The position numbers and the translations under genes were made by a program. A stretch of DNA of 64,000 nt from an uncultured virus (IMG/VR IMGVR_UViG_3300031240_000226) (lineage: Duplodnaviria > Heunggongvirae > Uroviricota > Caudoviricetes): IMG/VR virus record IMGVR_UViG_3300031240_000226; one strand, given 5' to 3'. The first letter of the stretch is position 1. The number at the start of each line of letters is the position of its first letter. Shown here one piece after another: positions 1 to 8,570 of the stretch. The notes under the pieces are model-generated. The model did no database searches and was not told where the DNA came from. It saw only the letters and a list, made by a program, of their open reading frames with translations.

Positions 1-609
1 AAAGCAATCCGAGCCGGCGGTAGTCAGCGCGGGTAGGCTCACTTCGGTGAGCGCGGCGTTGGAGCTAAAGCAATACGAGCCGGCGGTAGTCAGCGCGGGT
101 AGGCTCACTTCGGTGAGCGCGGCGTTGTAGCTAAAGCAATCCGAGCCGGCGGTAGTCAGCGCGGGTAGGCTCACTTCGGTGAGCGCGGCGTTGTAGCGAA
201 AGCAATCCGAGCCGGCGGTAGTCAGCGCGGGTAGGCTCACTTCGGTGAGCTTGTCGTTGTAGCGAAAGCAATCCGAGCCGGCGGTAGTCAGCGCGGGTAG
301 GCTCACTTCGGTGAGCGCGGCGTTGGAGCTAAAGCAATACGAGCCGGCGGTAGTCAGCGCGGGTAGGCTCACTTCGGTGAGCGCGGCGTTGTAGCGAAAG
401 CAATACGAGCCGGCGGTAGTCAGCGCGGGTAGGCTCACTTCGGTGAGCTTGTCGTTGTAGCGAAAGCAATCCGAGCCGGCGGTAGTCAGCGCGGGTAGGC
501 TCACTTCGGTGAGCTTGTCGTTGTAGCGAAAGCAATCCGAGCCGGCGGTAGTCAGCGCGGGTAGGCTCACTTCGGTGAGCGCGGCGTTGTAGCTAAAGCA
601 ATCCGAGCC
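1..609. repeat. 66-bp tandem repeat, 9 full units plus a partial unit, encoding the LRR units
   Basis: Units start at 1, 67, 133, 199, 265, 331, 397, 463, 529 and 595 with AAAGCAAT(C/A)CGAGCC. Confidence 0.97.
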
Positions 610-762
610 TATCTTTTTTACATTCGGTAAAAAGACTTTCACCAAGTCCGTCAAATCATAAAAACATCTGTCTGCTACTTCGATAACTTCAGAGTTTTCA
701 AATACTCCTTTAACTATATCCTCATTGGATACGGTTAGTAAAATTCCTTTTGAGATTTTCAT
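1..762 (-). CDS. BspA/LRR_5-type leucine-rich repeat protein (3' end beyond window edge; missed by ORF track)
   Basis: ATG at 762 opens a frame to position 1: MKISKGILLTVSNEDIVKGVFENSEVIEVADRCFYDLTDLVKVFLPNVKKIGSDCF, then 22-aa units such as SYNAALTEVSLPALTTAGSDCF, which fit LxxxxLPxLxxxGxxxF. Confidence 0.85.
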   Translation of the reverse strand, partial: MKISKGILLTVSNEDIVKGVFENSEVIEVADRCFYDLTDLVKVFLPNVKKIGSDCFSYNAALTEVSLPALTTAGSDCFRYNDKLTEVSLPALTTAGSDCFRYNDKLTEVSLPALTTAGSYCFRYNAALTEVSLPALTTAGSYCFSSNAALTEVSLPALTTAGSDCFRYNDKLTEVSLPALTTAGSDCFRYNAALTEVSLPALTTAGSDCFSYNAALTEVSLPALTTAGSYCFSSNAALTEVSLPALTTAGSDCF

Positions 763-775
763 TGTGGGTTAGGGT

Positions 776-2404
776 TTATAATCTTATTGTTGAAAGTACC
801 ACGGGCTGTTGTGCTGTTGGTTTATAAGCGGACTGCTCAGGCTTCCTTCCTGTCTGCTTATCTTGATAAGTAGTTTGCTTCTTTTTCTCTGGCAGTGGAT
901 AGCCTTTCAACTTCGCCACACGCTGATTAAAATCCGCCCATACTTTCTCATTCAAGAACTCAAAATGGATCGTTCCTTTCTTGTAGGCGCGAATTTTAAA
1001 GTAGCCCCAATTAAACCATTGGCCCCATTCTTTTTTAATCCTCACAAGTTCACATCCTGGATACTGACTGATGTCTACATTTTTCAACTCATGCTCTCTC
1101 CAGCACTTTTTAATGTTCAAATCCTTGTAGTAAGTATCGAGAACAAAGGCACCATCTTTCATTAAAAAAGTCTCATGGCCGATCAAATGATCAAGTGTGA
1201 TTTTATCATCGTAGTTATCTCCAGTGATATAACACAAAGCCTTTTGAAGGTCCTCCACCATCTCAAAATTGTGAGATGAGTAATTAGTTTCTATTTCTCC
1301 ATGCCATCCTACCTTTGTAAGCGATGGCATGATAAACCGCTTCGTCAAAAGATAGTGACTGTTAGTTTTCCATCCTTCAATATTATACCGGTTTTCGTCA
1401 TGATGTGAGGTAACCTTATCAAAGACTTCCAAAATAGCTTTGTCCAGCCGCGAGCCAGTAGTACCTATAACTATCTCCAACATCTTGTAAATGTTTTTCA
1501 TAGTGAAAGGCACATTATCCTGCTTCTCAACAAATTTATTAATCTCTTCTTTCAATCCCCGGGTAGTGTGCTTTGTCAAATTTAGTTTGCTAAATATCCA
1601 CTGCCACCCGTCCTTCTGCATAGATTTTTTAAATTCATTCCGGGCGACTGCTACACCTCCGCGATTAACACTAATACTTAAATCTTGCTTCTTGCTATTG
1701 AAGTATCCAGCGGCCATCTCGTTAAGTTTAACCGCCGTCTCTAATTGCTGATCAAAAATTTTAATACTCTCCACGTATCTATTCACTAAATCCCGGACCA
1801 CGTTGTAACCGATCAATCCGTTTGCCTGTTCTTCTTGTGGATCATCATCCATAAAAAAACCATCAAACTCTTGTTTGTAGTCACTGCCAGGCTTTTGAAT
1901 TCTCATCAATCCAACGTGCACATCTGTGCGCCTTTCAGCATCCGCGAAGCAATCGCCTAAATCTTCAACCTGTCCATAACTTTCAAGAATTGCGCTTAAC
2001 TCTTTGCGCTCTTTGGTGTACGTGTTTTTAATCGTCTGCAGATTGCACAGTGCAATTATTTTACATCCATCCGGCGCAATATTATAAGCGTGTAGTATGT
2101 GCGCAGCTCCATTACTGAAGGGTGGATTCATCACAATGCAATCAATATGTGAAATTTTATCGCTGTTGAGTTTAAAAAAATCCTCTTCCACAATCCTGCA
2201 ATGAGTTTGTAAAATCTTAATCAGGTTCTTATCATTCTCACATGCGATCACATCCTTAGCGCCACGCTTCTTCAAAATCTCTACAATGTCACCCTTGCCC
2301 GCTGAAGGTTCTAAAAATACTTTACCTTCAATGGCTACACCATCCAGCATTTGATCAATAACATTTGCCGGAGTTGGATAAAAATCTAAGTTGTAATTAA
2401 ACAT
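776..2404 (-). CDS. Class I SAM-dependent (N6-adenine type) methyltransferase with C-terminal DUF4942-like domain
   Basis: FYPTP, LEPSAGKG (motif I), MNPPF (motif IV); C-terminal YKKGTIHFEF typical of DUF4942. Confidence 0.8.
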   Translation of the reverse strand: MFNYNLDFYPTPANVIDQMLDGVAIEGKVFLEPSAGKGDIVEILKKRGAKDVIACENDKNLIKILQTHCRIVEEDFFKLNSDKISHIDCIVMNPPFSNGAAHILHAYNIAPDGCKIIALCNLQTIKNTYTKERKELSAILESYGQVEDLGDCFADAERRTDVHVGLMRIQKPGSDYKQEFDGFFMDDDPQEEQANGLIGYNVVRDLVNRYVESIKIFDQQLETAVKLNEMAAGYFNSKKQDLSISVNRGGVAVARNEFKKSMQKDGWQWIFSKLNLTKHTTRGLKEEINKFVEKQDNVPFTMKNIYKMLEIVIGTTGSRLDKAILEVFDKVTSHHDENRYNIEGWKTNSHYLLTKRFIMPSLTKVGWHGEIETNYSSHNFEMVEDLQKALCYITGDNYDDKITLDHLIGHETFLMKDGAFVLDTYYKDLNIKKCWREHELKNVDISQYPGCELVRIKKEWGQWFNWGYFKIRAYKKGTIHFEFLNEKVWADFNQRVAKLKGYPLPEKKKQTTYQDKQTGRKPEQSAYKPTAQQPVVLSTIRL

Positions 2405-2408
2405 AATT

Positions 2409-3539
2409 TTAAGCGGTTAAAAGTTTAACTCCCTGAACTGTTGCTGCTTCAATAACGCCGGCAGACACTTGGCCATTATTCGCGATATCTGTTTGCTCCA
2501 GCCAAAGAACTGTTTTATTAATTTCCTCTCTCAGTCCTGATTTGCCACGATTTTTAATCGCCTCCTCAATCTCTTTCAATCTTGATTTTGGCGCGATCCA
2601 TCCAGGACCACAACTTAACCGGGGTTGAAATATTAAACCCAGGCCCGAGCGCCCTAAAATATCCTTAATCGGTTTAGTTTCTCCGATCACGGCCAACCCT
2701 CTGCCGTATTCGATTATTTGAATAGTGCCCGGTTCTACTTCCACCCTTTCAACATTAGTTTGCTTTATTGGCTCAGGTGCGGTCCCTCCTTCATAGGTTA
2801 TCGAATAAAAATCTTCAAGGCTTCCACTTCTACCGGTTGCTTGGATACCAATTACTTTGGCTCCTGTAGGTATCGCGGATTTATTCCATATCCGGCGCAA
2901 ATTATCCCCGCGGTCCCTTTCATCATCATTGGGCCACAATTCCAGCGCTGCAAAGTGTAAAGTTTCTTTGGTTGCTTCGCTCATTGACCGGCTTTCAAAT
3001 ACATATTTACTTTGCGGTATGTCTTCGCGTGAATTGGAGTTTTCGTAAATGTCATCCATTCCATTAAAGTGCCCGAACTGATATTTTCCTGTGTGCTCTT
3101 TTACTTGTTCAGTCGTTGGTCCGTCCTCCCAAGAAATATTTACATGATCTCCCATTGAATACCCTTCGCTTGTAACTTTAAATTTAATCCCGGGAAAGGA
3201 TTGCTTTAACTCCTCCCTAATCGCTTGGGCCGCTTGTGCCTGATTGCTTAACTGTTTGCCTTTCGATTTTTGTTCGGCTTTGTATTCAGCACGCCTATCA
3301 AAGTTTGCTTTATAGTTTGCAATAACTTGCGCCCGTTCCTGCTCACTTCTATAATATCTGTAATCAATTGGGTGCGCTGCATTCTCTTTGTAAGTCTTCA
3401 AAGAGAAATATTTTCCCTCATCCTTTGACCAGAAAATTAAACCCTTCCAAACTTCTTTTGTATATCCATGGGCCTCGAGGCTTGCAAAGTCTGCAGCCTG
3501 TACCCTCAATCGATCTTCTTTTGTTAATAACCTTTTCAT
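2409..3539 (-). CDS. LPD29 (large polyvalent protein-associated domain 29) containing protein
   Basis: AIREELKQSFPGIKFKVTS...ISWEDGPT...FNGMDDIYE signature; C-terminal AVIGETKPIKD...GPGW domain. Confidence 0.7.
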   Translation of the reverse strand: MKRLLTKEDRLRVQAADFASLEAHGYTKEVWKGLIFWSKDEGKYFSLKTYKENAAHPIDYRYYRSEQERAQVIANYKANFDRRAEYKAEQKSKGKQLSNQAQAAQAIREELKQSFPGIKFKVTSEGYSMGDHVNISWEDGPTTEQVKEHTGKYQFGHFNGMDDIYENSNSREDIPQSKYVFESRSMSEATKETLHFAALELWPNDDERDRGDNLRRIWNKSAIPTGAKVIGIQATGRSGSLEDFYSITYEGGTAPEPIKQTNVERVEVEPGTIQIIEYGRGLAVIGETKPIKDILGRSGLGLIFQPRLSCGPGWIAPKSRLKEIEEAIKNRGKSGLREEINKTVLWLEQTDIANNGQVSAGVIEAATVQGVKLLTA

Positions 3540-3575
3540 AAAAATTTTGCTTTGTCGTTTTCTTCGTCGTTTGAT

Positions 3576-3618
3576 TTAAAAACCTCCACGGCCAACGACA
3601 AAGTTAATGCCGTGGAGG
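3576..3618 (-). terminator. Intrinsic terminator downstream of dnaN
   Basis: 10-bp stem CCTCCACGGC (3583-3592) / GCCGTGGAGG (3609-3618) followed by a T-run on the minus strand. Confidence 0.75.
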
Positions 3619-3632
3619 AACCCGTTAGGGTT

Positions 3633-4766
3633 TTATGCATATCGGTTAAGCATTACAGGCATAACCAAAATTATTTTGTTTTCTGTCTTCAATACTCCAG
3701 CCTTATTAGGTTCACTCAAATGAAATTCAAAGTTTGCCGGCGCTGATTCGATCACCTTGGCAAGTAGTTTGCCATTAAATCCTATCTCCAAAGGCTTACC
3801 TTCCCGCGTGCCTTGGATGTACCCGCCGAACTCATTAATAAAATCCAAGTCTTCAGAAGTAATTTTTAACTTCTCATTGTCACGCAAATCGATACGTATC
3901 TGCCAGGTAGTTTTGTTTGCGCAAATCATTGCTTTATCCAACTGTTTCAAAAAGTCCGCTTTCACTCCATGGAATACCGTGGTAGATTTATCGGGAATGA
4001 CTGAAGGATAATCCGGGTATCTTTCCTCAATGGTACGCGTCACCAGGGTAATATCTCCAAATTCAAAAATTACTTTGCGGTAATCTCCTTTCACCTCTGA
4101 AATGTTCAACGTGTGCGGATCTCCTTTTTTAACCTCATAGCCTGACAATATTTTGGCCGCCTTTGCTGAGATATTAAACAGGGTATCGATTCCTTTTTTC
4201 TTATTCTTTGCCTTATTCAATTCAGGCACATTAACAACGGCCAACGTGTGCCCGTCCGTTGTGGTAATGTTAAATTTACCTTGGTAGTATCCAAAATTCA
4301 AACTTGTCAATGCGGGCCTGAGCTCGTCCGTGCTCACATACTTTAAGAGCGTGCTAAACTCATTGAATATTGCCGAATTAGTTTGTAGTAACTTTTTGCC
4401 TTTGCTTTCGATCTTTGGAAAGTCTTCCGTATTATCACCGGCAAACTTCGTGCGGTCCGTCTCGTTACTCAATATCACTGAATACGTGCCCGGGTCAAAC
4501 TCCAACGTTACCGGCGCAAAATCAAATTTTTTCAACATGTTCAACACTGGAGGCGCCAATAGGCACGCAAAGTCCTCCTTTGATTCTACCTTACCAATAT
4601 CTTTGATCAGGGTATTTTGTAGGTCCGTGGCAGTTACCCGGGCCCAACCTCCTTTTACTTCCAGCAACCAGTTTTCGAGAATTGGTATAACTGGATTGTT
4701 GGTGATTACCTTTTTTGTTTCTGTCAATGCAGATACAAGTTTGTCTGAATTAATAATTGCTTTCAT
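3633..4766 (-). CDS. dnaN: DNA polymerase III beta sliding clamp
   Basis: IPILEN, TATDL, STDELRPAL, TTDGHTL, YPDY, IGFNG, VMPV motifs; 377 aa. Confidence 0.92.
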   Translation of the reverse strand: MKAIINSDKLVSALTETKKVITNNPVIPILENWLLEVKGGWARVTATDLQNTLIKDIGKVESKEDFACLLAPPVLNMLKKFDFAPVTLEFDPGTYSVILSNETDRTKFAGDNTEDFPKIESKGKKLLQTNSAIFNEFSTLLKYVSTDELRPALTSLNFGYYQGKFNITTTDGHTLAVVNVPELNKAKNKKKGIDTLFNISAKAAKILSGYEVKKGDPHTLNISEVKGDYRKVIFEFGDITLVTRTIEERYPDYPSVIPDKSTTVFHGVKADFLKQLDKAMICANKTTWQIRIDLRDNEKLKITSEDLDFINEFGGYIQGTREGKPLEIGFNGKLLAKVIESAPANFEFHLSEPNKAGVLKTENKIILVMPVMLNRYA

Positions 4767-4794
4767 CTTTGTCGTTAGTTTATGGTTTAGAAAA

Positions 4795-4971
4795 TTATCG
4801 ATCTGAATTACTATTTGTTAATTGAATAGCGTTACTGTGATAGCCTAAATTGGTCTTCCAAACTTTAGGGTTATTACAGTAACACGTAACTTTTCCACGG
4901 ATTACCCAAATTACGTGGCCACAAATGCACGTCTTACCCTTATCATTTTTGGTTGCTGATTGAATAGTCAT
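4795..4971 (-). CDS. Small Cys-containing hypothetical protein (58 aa)
   Basis: Manual translation MTIQSATKNDKGKTCICGHVIWVIRGKVTCYCNNP...; fills the gap between co-oriented genes. Confidence 0.5.
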   Translation of the reverse strand: MTIQSATKNDKGKTCICGHVIWVIRGKVTCYCNNPKVWKTNLGYHSNAIQLTNSNSDR

Positions 4972-4977
4972 AAATTT

Positions 4978-5298
4978 TTAATTTAAATTTTCCAACCCTA
5001 TCAGATACAGTGATTGACGCAAAACAAAATCCGGGTTATCCGTTCTTTGCCGATAGTCACACTGAAAACTTGCCACCTCAACTAATCCAAGTTGATTGTA
5101 TTCACTTTTAAATGTTGGCTTAAGGACCTTTGCAGTGTGCACATAGCCAGAAGCATAAAAATATTCGCCGTCAATTTTCTGCAGGCTAAATACCCGGCCA
5201 AAGTGTTTAAAACTTATTGCGTCGTTACTATAGGTAATCTCCCTAAAGAATTTTGCCTTTGCGATCTTTTTAATGGTTTGCTTGAATATGTTTTCCAT
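4978..5298 (-). CDS. Hypothetical protein
   Basis: ORF in early operon with AACGACAAAG leader. Confidence 0.65.
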   Translation of the reverse strand: MENIFKQTIKKIAKAKFFREITYSNDAISFKHFGRVFSLQKIDGEYFYASGYVHTAKVLKPTFKSEYNQLGLVEVASFQCDYRQRTDNPDFVLRQSLYLIGLENLN

Positions 5299-5326
5299 AG
5301 TTCTTTGTCGTTATTAGTTTGCCTTT

Positions 5327-5536
5327 TTATGCGTGCACTGATTTGGAGTATTGAGCCGGCAAAAAGAAACTGATTCTCTTTTCGCTTTTCTCCTTTCTAT
5401 TAATTTGCCTTTCCAATTGCTTCCAGGCGCCGCGCTCTCTTTTTGTAACAGCTTTGACACCATACAGACCCGGAAACAAAAATTGGCTTTCCTGTTCGTT
5501 GCGTCCTTTACGGTTTATCTCTTTGTGTAAGTTCAT
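5327..5536 (-). CDS. Hypothetical protein
   Basis: ATGA overlap with the upstream small ORF. Confidence 0.5.
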   Translation of the reverse strand: MNLHKEINRKGRNEQESQFLFPGLYGVKAVTKRERGAWKQLERQINRKEKSEKRISFFLPAQYSKSVHA

Positions 5537-5712
5537 GCCTTTGCCTGTTTAATTTTCAATCCATCAAAAATACTTGCGGTAACTTCTAAATTTAAGTTTG
5601 CGCCGCGGTGCACGGTTACTATTGCGCCGGTCCGTTCAATCAATCTTATCAGCGTTGGCATATCTATTTTTACATGCGTTTCACTATTTGTGCCGCCGGT
5701 GTATGTGTTCAT
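5533..5712 (-). CDS. Small hypothetical protein (59 aa)
   Basis: Manual translation MNTYTGGTNSETHVKIDMPTLIRL...KQAKA; stop overlaps next ATG. Confidence 0.5.
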   Translation of the reverse strand: MNTYTGGTNSETHVKIDMPTLIRLIERTGAIVTVHRGANLNLEVTASIFDGLKIKQAKA

Positions 5713-5713
5713 C

Positions 5714-5827
5714 TTACAAACAATTAAAGCACGTTGTCAAAGCATAGCTAACCACAGCCACGCTCACTATTAACAGGTAACCAATTTTAGCCTCCCTTTC
5801 TTTGATCTTTGAAATTATTGTTTTCAT
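5714..5827 (-). CDS. Small putative membrane peptide (37 aa)
   Basis: MKTIISKIKEREAKIGYLLIVSVAVVSYALTTCFNCL; AACGACAA directly before ATG. Confidence 0.5.
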   Translation of the reverse strand: MKTIISKIKEREAKIGYLLIVSVAVVSYALTTCFNCL

Positions 5828-5848
5828 TTGTCGTTAGTTTAATGTAAT

Positions 5849-6076
5849 TCAATGCATGCCTTTCCATGTTCTAAGGACCTGTCCTTTCGAGAAATACAAA
5901 ACAAATTGCTTTTTTGGCTCTAACTTGTACAATGACTGCAAATCATTTTCCCCGCAGCATGAATAACAAATTTTTTCCCCTTTGTCATTGCCGTAACCAG
6001 TTCCACAACCATCACGCTTTTCAATTGGCTTTTTGCACTGTTCGCAAATTATAGCCGGTGTTTCTAGTGTCTTCAT
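5849..6076 (-). CDS. Hypothetical zinc-binding protein
   Basis: CxxC...CxxC; first gene behind the predicted promoter. Confidence 0.6.
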   Translation of the reverse strand: MKTLETPAIICEQCKKPIEKRDGCGTGYGNDKGEKICYSCCGENDLQSLYKLEPKKQFVLYFSKGQVLRTWKGMH

Positions 6077-6100
6077 AATCTTTGTCGTTTAATTATAGAC

Positions 6101-6132
6101 CAAAGTAACACTTTATATATTTATCATGCAAA
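6101..6132 (-). promoter_or_regulatory. Bacteroidota-type promoter for the early leftward operon
   Basis: Minus strand TTTG-N20-TTACTTTG, near consensus TTTG-N19/21-TAnnTTTG. Confidence 0.5.
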
Positions 6133-6143
6133 TAAATTTGTAT
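6126..6143. promoter_or_regulatory. Operator-like palindrome copy
   Basis: ATGCAAAT-AA-ATTTGTAT overlapping the -33 element. Confidence 0.55.
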
Positions 6144-6175
6144 AACTTTCTGTAACTACCTGATAATCAAAACGA

Positions 6176-6544
6176 TTAATTTTGCGCGTTTCGCGTCCTC
6201 TTTAGATGTTCGGCCCATTGGTAGGCTCTTTCCAGTCTTTCTGGAATAGGTTTTAACCCGTGCTGAATGCGGTTATATTCCGCATCAATCAATACCTTAT
6301 CGCTTTCCAGCATTCTAAACCATTCCTTTCCCTTTATCCGATCTTGCGCGAAAATTTTATGTATTGACTTCTCGAATGCTTGCGCCTTTATTGATCTTTC
6401 AAACTCCCAACTTGCCACTAATTCAATCTTGTGGGGGCTCGCAGTATTGATCGCATTCAATCGGCTCTTAACATTGGACGTGTGTCCTATCTTAAAATAT
6501 TGCGTCTTCTCCAGCCTGAATAGATAAACGTGCCACTTCTTCAT
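6176..6544 (-). CDS. T5orf172/MUG113 (GIY-YIG-like) domain protein
   Basis: VYLF...FKIGHT...RLNAINTASP...EKSIH...GKEWF. Confidence 0.85.
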   Translation of the reverse strand: MKKWHVYLFRLEKTQYFKIGHTSNVKSRLNAINTASPHKIELVASWEFERSIKAQAFEKSIHKIFAQDRIKGKEWFRMLESDKVLIDAEYNRIQHGLKPIPERLERAYQWAEHLKRTRNAQN

Positions 6545-7086
6545 TTGCTCAATTTCTTTAACCTGAAATATTTGGACCTACTCACTTTCATTAATTCCAT
6601 TACCTCTTCCACCGGCTTATCTTTCACCTCTTCAAACCTCTTCACCTCTTCACTAAAATCTTTCTTCGGTGGCCCTAATATTTTCCCGTTTACTCTCGCC
6701 TGTTTCAATCCATCTTTTACCCTCTCCTTTATCAATGCCTTTTCAAATTGTGCCACCGCTCCCAATACATGGAAAATTAATTCACCTACCGCCGTGTTAG
6801 TATCTATGTGATCAGTCAAACTCACAAAGGCAACTCCATTACCTTTAAACTTCTTCACCAACCCAATTAGGTGCTCTAAACTTCTCCCCAACCGATCCAA
6901 TTTTTGGATAACAACACAATCACCTGGCTGTAGTACTTCCAGCATCTTATCTAATTCCGGCCTCTTCTCATGAGCTCCCCCGATCTTGTCGGCGTAAATC
7001 AGTTCACACCCAACTTCATTCAATGCTGTTATTTGCCGGTCCAAATTTTGCTCTTCTCGGCTTACCCTCGCATATCCTATTTTCAT
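6541..7086 (-). CDS. Small serine recombinase (resolvase/invertase family)
   Basis: IGYARVS, Q...RQ, KLDRLGRS, AQFE, G..LGPP and a C-terminal HTH. Confidence 0.93.
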   Translation of the reverse strand: MKIGYARVSREEQNLDRQITALNEVGCELIYADKIGGAHEKRPELDKMLEVLQPGDCVVIQKLDRLGRSLEHLIGLVKKFKGNGVAFVSLTDHIDTNTAVGELIFHVLGAVAQFEKALIKERVKDGLKQARVNGKILGPPKKDFSEEVKRFEEVKDKPVEEVMELMKVSRSKYFRLKKLSK

Positions 7087-7556
7087 AACGTTTCCATTTT
7101 ATCCTCAATTTCTTGTAATACCTTTTCGCTCATTATCTGCAATGCCTTTAAAGCCGCCTCACCTTTTTGAGTTATACAAACCCGTAACCCTCCTTGTACT
7201 TCTTTATTCTCCAGCAATCCCAACTCTAAACAACTACGTATCCCCCAATGGATTTTACTCTTCCAACCTTTTTGATAGCCGGACCAGTCAACTATAATGC
7301 TAAGGGCTCCACCATCTACCCTTTTATTCTGCCATGCCCATGTACGGACAATTGATAAAGCTAATATTTCACGCTCACCAACTGACAAACCTAAATAACT
7401 ACCAACTCGCCTAATTGCCTTTGAATAAACTACCAAACGAAGTGCATGCCCATATTCTTTTGTAAACGCATTCGTATAATCGCTTACACGGTTATACCCC
7501 TCGCCTACATCATTCCTTTGCCGATATGGTTCTAACGCTTCATTTATTTTGCTCAT
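7083..7556 (-). CDS. Putative winged-helix DNA-binding protein
   Basis: C-terminal LELGLLE...VCITQKGEAAL resembles a MarR/wHTH wing; coupled to the recombinase. Confidence 0.45.
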   Translation of the reverse strand: MSKINEALEPYRQRNDVGEGYNRVSDYTNAFTKEYGHALRLVVYSKAIRRVGSYLGLSVGEREILALSIVRTWAWQNKRVDGGALSIIVDWSGYQKGWKSKIHWGIRSCLELGLLENKEVQGGLRVCITQKGEAALKALQIMSEKVLQEIEDKMETL

Positions 7557-7558
7557 GG

Positions 7559-7576
7559 ATACAAATATATTTGTAT
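7559..7576. promoter_or_regulatory. Perfect 18-bp palindrome (operator-like), containing TATATTTG -7 elements on both strands
   Basis: ATACAAATATATTTGTAT, 2 nt upstream of the ATG at 7556. Confidence 0.65.
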
Positions 7577-7876
7577 AGTCTCACTAAACAGATGTTTATA
7601 AGAATTTATTTTACCCCAATTATCTTTGGTCATTCCCAATTAGCCAAAGGACCGCAATCAAACAAGCCTTTAATCAATCTGTAATGTAGTTTGGCCGGCG
7701 CTGGAGATTACTTCGGGCATTATGCTTTGAAAAAAAGTTCGATCAGTTTGGACCCCCCGGTCCTTCAAAAGTCAATGCCCCAAGACCAGGAGCGGAGGGG
7801 GCTTTGGTAGCGCGAGGCATAGTGGTACGTGGAGGCATGATTTAGTGAAGGTAATTGATGCTGGGGAGAAGAGCAA

Positions 7877-7920
7877 ATAGTGGGACAATATAGGGGGTAT
7901 ATGGGACAATAGTGGGACAG
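7877..7920. repeat. Three TGGGACA direct repeats (iteron-like)
   Basis: aatagTGGGACAata...taTGGGACAatagTGGGACAg. Confidence 0.5.
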
Positions 7921-7929
7921 TAAAAGAGA

Positions 7930-7945
7930 CGTTCCACGGGGAACA
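7930..7945. promoter_or_regulatory. parS-like site
   Basis: CGTTCCACGGGGAACA, 14/16 match to TGTTCCACGTGGAACA, in the non-coding divergent region. Confidence 0.55.
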
Positions 7946-7987
7946 TTTGGGTGTGTTTTTGGGAGGCTAATCGAGGGCATATTTTGA

Positions 7988-8005
7988 GTACAAATAAATT
8001 CGCAT
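7988..8005. promoter_or_regulatory. Degenerate operator-like palindrome copy
   Basis: GTACAAAT-AA-ATTCGCAT. Confidence 0.35.
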
Positions 8006-8210
8006 TTAGTCTACTTAATTAGTAGGCGATGAAAAGCTGACAAACATTTTTACAGCGTATAATATAATCATGGCATTATTATATTATATATGAAAAAATG
8101 TTTTATAAAGTTTTTTATTTGGAAATTAGAATAGAATCGAGGAAAAAAAAAGTCAAGAATAAGTGAATAACTAATTATGAATAGAATAAAAAAATATGTA
8201 GGTTTGTTCC

Positions 8211-8570
8211 ATGGTAGAGAAAAAGCAAAAAAATGTGGTCCAAATGACGGCCACAAAAGAGGAAATTAAGGTGATAAAATTAGTGTCGGCGATGGGTGGA
8301 TTTGACTCGATTTCTGACTACGTCCGGAGTGTGGTTACAGCGGATATAGTGGCGAAGAAAAAGGCCCATAAAAATCCATGGGTATTTTCTGTGACTCTTG
8401 CTGACTGGGAACTGCTTACGGCGGAGTTGAAGGAGCAGTATTTGAATCAGATCGGGCCGGTGGAGGTCGATGATATGACGCGACTGATGGAGAAGTCGAA
8501 TGCGGTTCGGAGTCCGATGTTGATGAAGGATCCGGAGGTGAGGTATAACGGTAATGACATTGAGTTATGA
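8211..8570 (+). CDS. Putative ribbon-helix-helix protein
   Basis: VVQMTATKEE...SAMGGFDSISDYVRS pattern (strand-helix-G-S-helix). Confidence 0.5.
   Translation: MVEKKQKNVVQMTATKEEIKVIKLVSAMGGFDSISDYVRSVVTADIVAKKKAHKNPWVFSVTLADWELLTAELKEQYLNQIGPVEVDDMTRLMEKSNAVRSPMLMKDPEVRYNGNDIEL

Noticed and set aside
329..535. ORF-track protein MLSLQRQAHR...
   Set aside because: Alternative frame of the LRR repeat
1..609. CRISPR array or ncRNA array
   Set aside because: No unique spacers; the 66-bp period is 22 codons in frame with an upstream ATG and gives a clear LRR consensus
7765..8256. ORFs 7765-7980 and 8068-8256
   Set aside because: Low-complexity translations of the skewed regulatory region; VPRGT is just the parS-like site translated
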